Below, piece by piece: positions 10,718 through 21,852 of a stretch of 64,000 nt of DNA. The notes beneath the pieces were generated by a model, which saw only the letters and a program-made list of their open reading frames with translations, had not been told where the DNA came from and ran no database searches. This DNA is from Vicugna vicugna (lineage: Eukaryota). Within the stretch, counting starts at the first letter, position 1. Each line of letters opens with the position of its first letter. The position numbers and the translations under genes were made by a program. The DNA is taken from contig MU058781.1 in assembly GCA_013265495.1 (NCBI GenBank), positions 4,341,050 to 4,405,049 on the forward strand, written 5' to 3'.

Positions 10718-13176
10718 TGATTAAATTCAGAGGATAAGAGGAGGATGTATGTTGACGTATGGTGAATGGAGAGAGAGAGGGTTGATACTAAAGAAGCAGA
10801 ACTGGACCAATTTAAAATATGGACTGTCTTAAGGAGAAGGGCACTGGAGAAATACTTAACTAGTTTTACATATACTTATTGGACAGCTAATGTAACTAAT
10901 GACAAATCCACAAAGTGGCTCTTGTAGGATCGCATTACTGCATTATCATCTGTATAACAGATGACGTTAAGGCACTTCCTTCACTGAAGACTCCGTGCTG
11001 AGCAGATTACTTTAAGAAATTCACCTTCAAATTACGAGTTGACATTGTTGTTGTTGTTTGTTGTTGTCGTCCTGTAAATGCAGTATCGGTATCGTTTTAG
11101 AGGAGAGATGCATTTTTCAATTGTTGAAATAAGTCTTGGAATTCATTGCTAAATGCTCAGAAGCACTATCTTCTGAATCAATGCCAGATTCCCATAAAAT
11201 GAATCACCAGCCCCATAAGATTTTTAGTGTCTTCTATGTGCGATCTTCCATGATTGCCAAGATGCTGATCGTTATTATCGTAATGTGCTCTAAATCTTGC
11301 ATCTTGCCAGAGCATCCTCTTCCATGAGAGACTCATGGTGGTCTGCTGGGAACGGTGCCTACAACCCCCAGCCCCATATCATGAAGAAGTTGCTTAGCTG
11401 GAAAAAGAGGGTAACAATACTGAGGTTTCGAAGACTCACGCTTCCGTTGGTGGCCTCATCACTCATGACTGCCTGAGGGAGTGCAGACAGGGGAATGGCG
11501 AAAAGGCCACCCAGATGGAGGGCAGAGCAAATCTTGGGGATGCTATTCCATGTTTGCTTCACACAGCTCTTGGCTTTCACTTTAGTCTCTGGTCATAGTA
11601 TAGTCATTCTCCCTCTCTCTTATCTCAGTAAATCCTGCCTTTCCCAACCCACGTGTGGTACTCGGTCTCTAACCCTGCCTCTCAGATCTGGCTGCCCCTT
11701 CTCCCACTTCTCTGACCCTACTTTCTTCTTTCTTGCCTCTTTTCAGCTGAGTCTCTCTGCTTTTCTGGCACCAAATCATCAAAGAACATCCAACTGTGTA
11801 AATACAATAAAAAACATTTGGATGTCCTCTTCCTGGACCTCCACACCCGTCTCCAGGTCTCCTTTGATTCTAGGAATTCCTCATTTCATTACTCAAGCCA
11901 GCAGATCCTAGTTTGCCATTTCCAAGCAGACACTTGTCCCAGCCACTTGCCTATTCCTGTATTTGCTAACATCTATTAGATGATTTTAAAATACAAAAAT
12001 ACATCTCTCTAAAGGCCCCTGGGTCACAATAAGGATAAAAGTGTTAATTTATTACCAGACAATTAGGCACCTTTCAATGGCAACGTCCCAAGTCAAGCCA
12101 TAAACTATGTCTACTTTGCTGTGTAGACAACAAGGTCTGGGCAATAAACCCATCAACTTGCAGGGAGACAGAAGAGCAGAAGGACAGTTCCTGCCCTTGA
12201 GGGCCTTGTGTGAGTTCAGGAAAAGACCCAGAGAGGCAACAGTCAATTACATCAGTCATCATAACTCACTCTAGACGTCTTCAGAAAAGTCACATACCTA
12301 CTGGAAACCAAGAGACAGGCTGCATGTTCAGTCTGGGATCGAACCGAGGGAAGGAAACATGGCTAAAGGAGGAATCAGAAGACAGTGGGATGATTCAGTG
12401 AGTCCACTCAGAAGAGGACAAAATACCTTCGAGGCTTCCACTCATGATCCCAGAGGGAGCTTAAAACCATATACAAGGGAACAAGGCAAGAAGAACTTTG
12501 TAAGATGCTGAACTATTTACTGCTTCTCCATCTTTGTCATCTTTCTGATGCTGTTTTCCCTTTGCGATCAGCAGTAAAAGCCCTAAGAGAAAAAGGTCTT
12601 TTGTGTTTGTCTTTGGAAGGTATTAAGGAAACAGACACCAAAAGATGGTGGCAGCTTCTGAAGGAGAGGGAAGCGGACTGATTTCCTGGAGCCTCTGCAG
12701 ACAGAGGAAAAAGGAGACCAGGGGGAGATGAACGGGATTTTAGGAGAAACCCAGAGCTGCGATAGAAAATACATTGTGGAGTTCCACCAGAACTGACAAC
12801 AGAACACATGGTTCTGCAGCGTCCCTCACAGCACAGCTTGATTACTATCACTTCCCCCTTGGGTCTTCCTGCTCCTCTGATGAGAACTGCTTTTGGCTGG
12901 TAGATTGTCTGAAGCCCGTTGGTGGCATAAAAATGCTGCAAGACCCACAGTCCCCCACCCCTCCCAGGTGCTGACCGCATTCCTCTGCTGCTGTAAAACC
13001 ATCAAAACGCACGTTAAACCTAAGGCTGGTGGTGATCCATGCAGGGCCAGAACACACTCCTCATCTTCACGGAAAATTCGCCGACTACACTGAACGTCCA
13101 GCTCCACACAGGTTCTAAGACTACAAGGGGGCCCTGGAGACTTTCTTTATATATAAAAGATAGACTGTTCTAACTG

Positions 13177-13340
13177 GGCAGCTGCATGGTGTAAAGGTTC
13201 GGAGCACTGGTTATGGGAGCCGGGCTGCCAGTGTTCAAACCGCAGCTCTGTCACATACTGATGCTGTGATTTTTGATTAGCTTCTCAACCTGTCGGTGAC
13301 CCAGCTCCTCATCCAAACAACAGATACGACTAGTACATCC
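13177..13340 (+). mobile_element. MIR SINE
   Basis: ggagcactgg...gttcaaaccgcagctctgtcacatact...gctgtga...cttctcaacctgtcggtgacccagctcctcatc. Confidence 0.65.
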
Positions 13341-13557
13341 CCCTGGGGAAGTTTTTTCAGGAAGAGGTGCACCTTGACCTGAGCCTGAAGGCAGCGCAGA
13401 ACACACATGAGTGAGGAGAAACGCAGGAGCACTGCAGACAGAGGGGTCAGCCACGGGCACCATGGAACCTGAGGGAGGAGAGTGACAGACCCGCCGGGGC
13501 ATCGCGGGGCTTGTGGGGCCCTCCTTGCGGAGCACAGGGGGCCCGGGCTGCGGAAAC

Positions 13558-13568
13558 TGCGCATGCGC
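13558..13568. promoter_or_regulatory. NRF1 consensus site in a CpG-rich patch
   Basis: tgcgcatgcgc, with a perfect palindromic core GCGCATGCGC at 13559-13568; function untested. Confidence 0.4.
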
Positions 13569-14102
13569 TCTAACCTGGGCTGGAGGCGCTCCTCTCCCAG
13601 GACCCCGTGTGGCTCACCAGCAGAGGAGGGAAACTCGTGCACAGAAGAGTGACGACCAGATGGACATCGCTGTCCTGGGGTCCCCTCTGCTTTCACCAAG
13701 TGCTCCCTGAGTACCCTCGGGAGATGGCCGAGTGTAGGACAGTTCACAGGGACAGTCCTGGTTCAAATCTTGCTCCGTCACAGATTGAACATCACACCCC
13801 CAAGTCTCAGTTTCCTTAGAGACCAACAGGACTCACGCACACCCAGCGCTCACACGCATCTGGTTGTTTGCAGCTCCTCAAACAAACTCCACCCTTTCCT
13901 GCCGCGTCGCCCTGGAGGATGCCCACAGCAGGAGGTGGAATCCAAGTCCACTTGATGGCACCATCTGAGCTCTGACTATGTGACAGTGCTGGGCACGTCA
14001 CAGATGGCCAGCACATTCGTAACGGCGCATCAGAGCTACTTCTCTGAAACCTGTGCACGCATCTCACACGAACAGAACTCAAATCTGCACCAGCAAATTG
14101 AA

Positions 14103-14293
14103 GGCCAATTTTCCAAAGGCCCAGAAACTGCTCTCCACATCGCGAGGAGAGGCTAAGAACTGTTTGCAGAAGCTCCTGCTCACACGCACATGATTACCCG
14201 GTTTTCACATGCAAACACCCACCTGCACATGGTTTCTTTGGTAAATGCCAACTTCATAGGTGCAACCCAGGTGCCCAGATTTGACAACTTGGC
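14103..14293. mobile_element. Ancient inverted-repeat element remnant, MER135-like (amniote-age)
   Basis: Ends gccaattttccaaa (14104-14117) and tttgacaacttggc (14280-14293) are 11/14 complementary; internal gcacatgattacccggttttcacatgcaaacacccacctgcacatg. Confidence 0.45.
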
Positions 14294-14834
14294 ATAGAGA
14301 GGAGCTCTCAAGCTTTGAGTCAGTTATGGACTAGGATCGTCATTGTAATTAGTCCCAATGGATGCGTCTGCCATTCAATAACAATGGTGGATGATTCGGC
14401 CTCGCTCCCCCATCTCTCTGCCCCCTACTCCCACTCACCCATTTTACAAGAAAAGCCAGCCACGTCTTGCTTGACTGTCCTCCCCACCCCCATACCCGCC
14501 TTTTAAAATGAAAAGCCCAGATGTGGGTGACCCATCTGTAGTGTATGTCACGTTTTTAGCATCTTCTTTATTTAGAGCTGGGAGAAAGAGGCTCATTAGA
14601 GAGGAAATCCACAATGAAATTAGGAAACGTTTGATCAGACCATTGTCCTGACACAATATGTGCAATGAGGGGAATGCTGGAGTTGGCTGCAAACCCTAAA
14701 TGTGTTTCAGTCTCAATGGCTTGCTCCTCCTGTGCTGACCAGAAAGGGGAGCCCGACAGCTCTGTGGGCAGAATCCAAGCTTCTGAAAGTGAGGAGCACC
14801 ACTGGGGCAGGCAAACTATCTCTCTCTCTCTCCT

Positions 14835-15416
14835 TGAAAGAGTTTGTATTTTTAGAGCAGTTTCAGGGTCAGAGGACAATTGAGAGGAGGGTACAGAGGT
14901 TCCCCATCTATCCTCTGCCCCCACGCATGCATAACTCCCCGCCATTATGAGCATCCCCACCAGGGTAGGACCAGAGTGGGACATTTGTTACAACTGAGGA
15001 ACCTACACTGACACATCAGTATCACCATGGTTCATATGTCCATAGTTTACACTGCGGTCCACTCTTGGTGTGGTACAGTCCAGGGTTTGGACAAAGTATG
15101 AAGACGTGTATCCACCACTATAGTATCATACAGAGTGTTCTCACTGCCCTAAAAATCCTTAGTTCTCTGCCTATTCATGTCTCCCCCCACCCCTCCTCCA
15201 ACCCCTGGCAACCAGTCATCTTTTTACTCCCTCCATAGTTTTGCCTTTTCCAGAATATCATATAGTTGGACTCACACAGCATGGAACCTTTCCGGATTTG
15301 CTTCTTTCACTTCACAATATGCGTTTAAGTTTCCTTCAGGTCTTCTCATGGCTTGATAGCTCATTTCTTTTTAGCACTGGAGAATTCCATTGTCTGGATG
15401 GGCTACAATTTATTTA
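14835..15416 (-). mobile_element. L1MC1-like 3' UTR
   Basis: tttttagagcagtttcagg...gtacagaggttcccc...acatttgttacaactgaggaacctacactgacacatca...gggtttggacaaa...tcactgccctaaaaatcct...ccatagttttgccttttccagaat. Confidence 0.9.
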
Positions 15417-16377
15417 GGAAATTCTCCCTTCCGTGGGCTTCCCTCTGCTGTGGAAGCTGGGGCAGGTAAAGCTGTGGAAGTCAGGACTCCCTGGGACCCC
15501 ACCAGCTGCACGCCTTCCCTGTCGCCTGTGCAGAGGCCCCTCTGGGCACCCAGTGGTGAGGAATAACTCCTCATCTAGCCTTTGGCCACAGACCTCTCCC
15601 TCAGCTTCTTCACATGTCAAGGACAGAGGTTTGCTTCTGGGGACCCTATACCAAGGACTCAGTGCATGAAAACCACTCTTGAGCTCCAATTCCATTTCTG
15701 GTATCTCAACCCCTTTATTAAGCAGAGCACGTCAGAAATGCATAGACTACAAACAGATATTCTGATGACACCTTTCAAGCTCTGGGGAAACCATTTTGCT
15801 ACCTGCCAGGATGTCCAATCACATCTCCAAATATTTAATCTGAACTGCATCAAAATCAGCCCAATACTACAGAAGGAGAAATCAAGCTACAAAGAAATGG
15901 AGCCCAGAGCCCTGATTTAGCAGGGAAAAGACTTGATTTCAAAGACTAAAGATGGGCTCCAGTCCTGCTCAGCCACTAGCCATGAGCCACTAGGACCTTC
16001 AACCTCTCTTCTGACAGAGTTCAGACTGGCTGTCCACCGTGCTCAGAAGGTTGTTGTGAAAGTACAACATAAAGATAGTTACTAAAGTAACCAGGGGAAT
16101 TAAAACATCATATTTAAGTAAAGTGTTTAGTTGTATTACTAATAGACCACATGGCAAATTCTCTGCCTTTTGAGGGATTAGAATTCATTCCCCATCTGGT
16201 GCTAAATCCATCACTTCTTCATCTGTTTAAGTGGCATACGAGAGCTGCCATTCTCAAAAGACATGGAATATCCATTTCTTGGTCCAAGTTACAGAGCACA
16301 ACGTTTAGCACTGAACACGGGAACTTGACTGGAAGCAGCTGACTAACTCACTCCACGTTAGTGCTGAGTGATACAAG

Positions 16378-16437
16378 CACAGTTTCTGGCACACAGTAGG
16401 CACTCAGTCTACACTTGCTGAATCAATTAATCAATAA
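16378..16437 (+). mobile_element. L2 3' terminus
   Basis: cacagtttctggcacacagtaggcactcagtctacacttgctgaatcaattaatcaat. Confidence 0.7.
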
Positions 16438-17580
16438 AAAAATATGTAGAGAAAAATCTTCCTAGAAATAAAGGCAAATTTATGCAGCAAATACTTAGTA
16501 TCAGTGAACATCTAATGTGTACCATGCCTTTATTGTTCACCTAATGTATAAGTTGAATCTTTTATCATAAGTCAGTTCTCCTCAACTTTCTCTATGTAGA
16601 ACTTTGCTGAGCACCACCATCACTTAGTAGAAGAGAAGGGACTAGAAAGAGAAGCATACAGAAAGCAGTGAGAAGTGACAACTGACAATATAGCAACCAA
16701 GAGAGGCGGCAGGAAAGTTGGAAACAAATGTATAAGAATTATGAGTTTGGGGTAAATACCTCTATATATCTCCATCAACCTTGGAGATGCCATTGTATTG
16801 ATTTCTTTGAAGATACTGTAGTATACAAGTCCAAGTTTCTTTCATTATTGCATTAATCAAGATAACACTGAAACTAAACCCTTTCTTAACAACTCAACAT
16901 GCTTTGTTTAAAAGGCAGAAAAAGCCTGTGATATAGTTGAATGGAACCTTATGTTAAACACAGAAGATGCATGAGGGGTAGTTAATTACAAAAGCTTCTT
17001 TATTTTTTATTTCCTACCATCCCTTTAAACCTGCTGTGCGGGGTAATGATTTCACTGTTCCTGGATGAAACTTCAGGAAATCTCCAGGACTGTTCTGGTC
17101 CTCTCAGGTGAAGTCTTACAGTCAGGAGATAGGGACCAGTTCCTTGTGACTTCTGCTAGCAGCAGACACTTAACAACACTCAGTGATTCCATGGAAGTTC
17201 TTCCTTGATTTGGGGGCTTTGGTTACCTTATTCTAAAATCCTCCTTATAAGATACCCCTGACTTAATCACGACCTGGGTGGGAGGATTCTGGAAGCGCAC
17301 AAATGTTGTACAAAAGCTTCCAGATTCTTTCTTTCCACATTTGTATCTCAGTGCCCTGTCACACACCTCGCTTTGTTATCTGATACCTATGATATCTTTT
17401 GCCTCGGTCCAAACTTCCAGTTTAACATTTGATTACATTAGAAACTTTCCACATAGAATAATACACGTTGGGGTGGGGAGTTAAGTCTTTAACAAGATGG
17501 CCATTCAATACACAAAATTACTCATTCTCCAAGGGGCTTGGGTAGCTTTTCTTTTCTTTTTTTTTTAAAACTATATTTGG

Positions 17581-17629
17581 AAACATCTGGATTTTTGATG
17601 AAATGTTTCCAATTTAAATCCAGATGTTT
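17581..17629. repeat. Perfect 14-bp inverted repeat with a 21-nt loop
   Basis: aaacatctggattt (17581-17594) and aaatccagatgttt (17616-17629). Confidence 0.95.
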
Positions 17630-17945
17630 GAGATCATGCAAGTAGCCAAAAGTTGGAATAGTAAATTACAGGATAGCAAAAGAGCCTTGTTTTTTGCTAT
17701 CATTATTTAGATGTGATCTGACTGCACATGGAATTATATGTCAGAAAATCTGGATCCAAATCTAGATTTGGACACTGAACTTTCCTATACCTTATGCTTC
17801 TGAACTCAATTTCTCCATAACCAATAAAAAGATTTATGTACTGTGTTCTGAGAATCCAATCATGTAAGTAGTTACCCCTATTGTGAAAAACTCATATTTT
17901 GTTTCAAATATAAACAATAAAAAATGAAATGCATGCCAAAGAATT

Positions 17946-18459
17946 TGTGTCGGTTTTACACTCTGTCCACAAATTTCTTTGGTACTCTTCCCTTTAAAAA
18001 GTGGAGTCTAATTCTCCTCCCCTTAAGTGTGAGCTGTACTCAGCAACTTAATTCTCGCCAATAGAATGTGGAAGAAGTGACAGTGTATGACCTCCAAGAT
18101 TAGGACATAAAAGGCACTATGGCTTTTTTCTTTCTCTCTGATCACTCCCTCTGGAAGAAACCAGCTGCCATGTCCTGAGGTCACTGAAGCAGTCCATGGA
18201 GAGGTCAACTTGTGAGAAACTAAGGCCTCGTGCTAACAGCCATGTGAGAGTAAGCAGACCCTCCAGCCCCAGTCAAGTCTTCAGATGAAAGAAACCTCGG
18301 TTGACAGTTGCTATGGCAACCCCGTAGGAGACTCCAAGCCAGAACCACCCAGCTTAGCCACTCCCACATACCTGACCCACTGTGGGTTAGCAAATGTCTG
18401 TTGTTTTAACTCCCTACGTTTTAAAGGAATATGTTGTGCAACAATAGAGAAATAATACA
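17946..18459 (+). mobile_element. MLT1F-type MaLR solo LTR
   Basis: tgtgtcgg...tgtccacaaatttctttg...gtggagtctaattctcctcccctt...ccctccagccccagtcaagtcttcagatga...gccagaaccacccagct...aataataca; 5-bp TSD gaatt/gaact. Confidence 0.9.
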
Positions 18460-18989
18460 GAACTGACCATATTTTCTGTTCTGTCTATTATGAGAATCAA
18501 CAATACTCATGAAATAGTGATTTAAAAACAAACATACTTCTCATTTTGAATGGGAAAAAATAGCATTTCTAGATTTTTATCACTGAAGTTCTACTCAATA
18601 AATGATTCTTGAATCTGGTCCTTTTAAACCAGTAGCTCATTGATGGTACTGTGTATACACAACAAATTCACACGGTAATTGAAATTATTTTTAAATGGAT
18701 GGTAAAAGCACAGACATCCACTACTCTGAAGTGTGCTATGTACATGGCCGACACTAAAAAACCTCTTAACAATGCAACTAAAGCTACTTCTAGATATTTC
18801 TTGTATTGGCTCCTTTTTATAAGGGCATCAACTTGCTTTTTATTTGTTTAGGAACTTATTTCTTTAAGGAAAGCAGATGCATGTTTATTGTAAAGATAAA
18901 CCTTACCTTTTGTGAGAATAAGATCAAAGAAGTTGCACTTAGAATATTAAAAATACTTACTCATCACAGACAATCAGGACCCCATATAT

Positions 18990-19078
18990 CAGTGGGGAGT
19001 TTACAATTACATGCACTTATTTAATCTTCTCAACAACGCTGGAGAGCAGGCATTATTTTTCTCATTTTGCATATGTGA
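18990..19078 (-). mobile_element. MIR fragment
   Basis: tacatgcacttatttaatcttctcaacaacgctggagagcaggcattatttttctcattttgcatatg. Confidence 0.6.
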
Positions 19079-20379
19079 TGGTGCAAGTATTACTAATGCG
19101 AGAATCATCGAGGACTTACCTCTTCTTCCAGATCACCAAAGATAGCCCTACGTATATAAGCCCCAATTCGCCTTTCCTTTCCCCTCTTAAAGATGTAGCA
19201 TCGCTTCAGGAAAGAGGTACACACTGAAGTGCTGGGGATAGGCAAGGTGGGGTGAAAAAGTCTCAGCAGCTCCAGTTAGGAGGATGGAAGAGAAGCCCTT
19301 GGGGGAGGAAGATGCTAAGGAGAGAGACACCGGAGCAGCTGTGGTGTGTGAGGGAAGAGGGATATTTACGGACAGCGTATCTGGAGCTCCTTTGACCTCA
19401 TCTGAGAGATGTGAGAAATTAATAGAATTTGTTTTAATTACGTTTGCCTGTTGAACTGTGCTTTTTCAGCACATCACTTTAAAACTCCTGGGTTTTAAGG
19501 TGGCACATTTGAGAAAGTTCAGGTGCAGAGAGTATAAAATGACCTTCCCACAAATCCAGATCTTCTAATTAAATCAAGTGTTTTTCCCACTTTTATCACT
19601 GGGCCTCCTCATTCATTCATTCACGCACAAAGAGCAACTGCTCACATAACAGACTCCAGGTGCTATCTTAGGCCTTGATAAAATAACTTGGCTTGAAGCT
19701 GCAGAAACTGTCATTTTGAAACTCAGCAGAAGAGTCGGAGACCTGAATTCAGTCACCTTTGGGTCCAACTGTTTCCATGTTTGGAATAAACAACCAGGGG
19801 GGACTCTTTAATTACCCAAATGCAAAGCAAACACCCATCCATTATTCAGCACTAAAGCTGTGAAATGACAGTAATACCACGTTTTAGAATAAGAACAAAA
19901 GCCTTCTCTAATTGTAAATTTTTACCTCTGGTTGAGCCAAAGCTTTTGTTGATTTTTTTCTTTTGTGATTGTTCTTTTCATTTTTTTAAAAGAGACTTGA
20001 GTGGCAGGAATATGCCTTTTCTCTATACAGATCTGGTGTACCCTGTGCCAATGAGTCTTTGTTTCTCTTCAGGAGAGGACGTCCAGGCATGATCCTAGCA
20101 TTAGGATACAGGCGGAGGACTGTGAACAGGGCTCTTTGTGGTGCAGGCTGTACTAGGATGCGGGTGTCCTGCACACTGTGTTGTATAAGACCAAATAAAA
20201 CACACCTTGGGAAACTCATCAGTGCTAGAATGCTGTGTTCCAATGTGCCCGCCCTGCTGGGTCTACTCCTGCCACCTTAAGACATAAAAGTGACAGCTTG
20301 GGAAGCAGTCCCAAGCCAGAGTGAAGAGGAGGACAATGTACATTTCTCTGTTTTCTTATTCAAGGTTCCAACATTCCAC

Positions 20380-21350
20380 TTCAGGACTTCCCCTCTCTTG
20401 GAGTTCTCTCCTCTCATGGGTTCCAAAATGTCACTCTTCCTTGGTTCTCCTTCCACGTCACTAGATGGTCTTGTTCAAGCTTCTCTTCTGGCCCTCAACC
20501 TCCACCCAAGCTCAGTTACGCCGGGACCTGGCTGCAGAGCTTCCTCTCCTCTGCGGCTGCACCTTCTCCCTCTGCAATCTCCCCCGATACGGGGGGCTTT
20601 CACTACCACCTAGGTTTTGATGACTCCTAAATTTACATCTCTAACCTTACCATTTCCTTAAACTCAAAACCTGCCTAACCGCTGCCTTCTCAACATGGCC
20701 ACATAGGCATCTCAAATTGAAGGTCTGAAAAGAGCCCTTCAGGGGAAGGGTACAGCTCAGCGGCAAAATGCTGTGCTTAGCATGCATGAGGCCCTGGGTT
20801 CAATCCCTAGTACCTCCATTTAAAAATTTAAAAAAAAAAAAAAGTAATTGCCTACCCCCCCGCAAAAAAACAAACCAATAAGAACCTTTGATTTGCGCCA
20901 AACTTATTCCTTCGCCAATATCCCCCTCCTAAGGAAATGATCCCTTTACCACTCATTAGCTCAATTGAAAACTGGGAGTCAAATTAAATTCTTCCCTTTT
21001 CTTCTGCATTCATAACTGATCAGAAAGTTGCATCAGTTCCGTCTCCAACACACACACACCCTGTTTCATCTCTACTTCCACCACCATCCCACAAGACTAT
21101 CTCTGCTTAACATATTGCTAAACTAAAGAAGAAAGAAAGAAAGAAAACATATTGCTACACCACTCCACTAGTCTTTCAGCAATCTTTTCAATAAAATTTA
21201 TCAACTTATGGCCCTCTTTTATCTCTCACAGCATTTGTACTAAAAACCAAACTCCTTTCCATGTCTACAAGTCTCTACATTACCTAGTCCCACCTGACTC
21301 TCCAAATTTGTTTCCATTTTATACCACTCTCCCCCTCATTTCTGCCATAA
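20380..21350 (+). mobile_element. L2a LINE fragment interrupted by a SINE
   Basis: ggctttcactaccaccta...gatgactcctaaatttacatctcta...ataggcatctcaaatt...[SINE]...actgggagtca...aaaaaccaaactccttt...ctacaagtctctaca. Confidence 0.75.
20742..20879 (+). mobile_element. Camelid tRNA-derived SINE (Vic-1 type)
   Basis: ggggaagggtacagctcagcgg (A box)...tgcttagcatgcatgaggccctgggttcaatccc (B box) tagtacctcc, then an A-rich tract, taattgcctacccccccg and a second A tract; degenerate TSD aagagcccttca/aagaacctttga (9/12). Confidence 0.88.
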
Positions 21351-21684
21351 TATCCTCCATTTAGGGAAAGAAAGCCTTACCACTGCACCACCCCACTCCA
21401 TGCCAGAATAGTGGCAGCAGCACTGTCCCAAGGGGAGGAGGTGGGCCTGACCTGTTGGGAGATGGCAGCCAGAACACAGAGGAGGTCCTGACGAAAGGGA
21501 GACAGGCAGTGTCACAGCATCATCTCTGCTGAGTGCCTGGAGCCCGGGACACGTGAAGATGCTCCGAGAGCACTGGAGTGGCCGGGCATCAGATGAAGGG
21601 GTGAGGCCGCTCCCAACGAGGCAGGACTCCTACCCACTGTAATCTACAGTATTAATAGAAAGGTGACCTCACCACTTGGTAACA

Positions 21685-21852
21685 AGCACCTAAGACATTC
21701 AGTTTTTGCACCAGTGAATCAGATAGAGCCTCTGCCCTCCAGGACTTTTCAGCCTAGCGGGAGAGACAGACAGATAAACAAATAATTGCAATACAGTGTG
21801 ATAAGTGCTCCCACAGGAACAGATGCTAGTGAGAATGATGGCACAGAGGTAG
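21685..21852 (-). mobile_element. L2 fragment
   Basis: cagtgaatcagatagagcctctgccctccaggacttttcagcctagcgggagagacagac...taaacaaataattgcaatacagtgtgataagtgct. Confidence 0.75.

Larger units (their letters stand above)
7230..10850 (+). mobile_element. HAL1 (half-L1) fossil, near full length, interrupted by four younger insertions
   Basis: 5' region ggactggttgaaaggctttgt...gatccccagatt...gactgtccctccccattccctcaggagactggaagttta; decayed ORF1-like region about 8170-8800 (gaaattatcaaagaa, ttccagattgaaagggg, catcatgaaatttt, agctagaagaca, cctaaaattctatacccaa); HAL1-type post-ORF segment 9280-9440; no ORF2 follows. Confidence 0.72.

Noticed and set aside
12108..12129. tgtctac...gtagaca mini-hairpin resembling reptile DNA-transposon ends
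   Set aside because: Only a 7-bp stem, which is common by chance.
20742..20817. tRNA-like sequence with A and B boxes
   Set aside because: The cloverleaf is degenerate and it is followed by a SINE tail and flanked by a TSD, so it is a SINE and not a tRNA gene.
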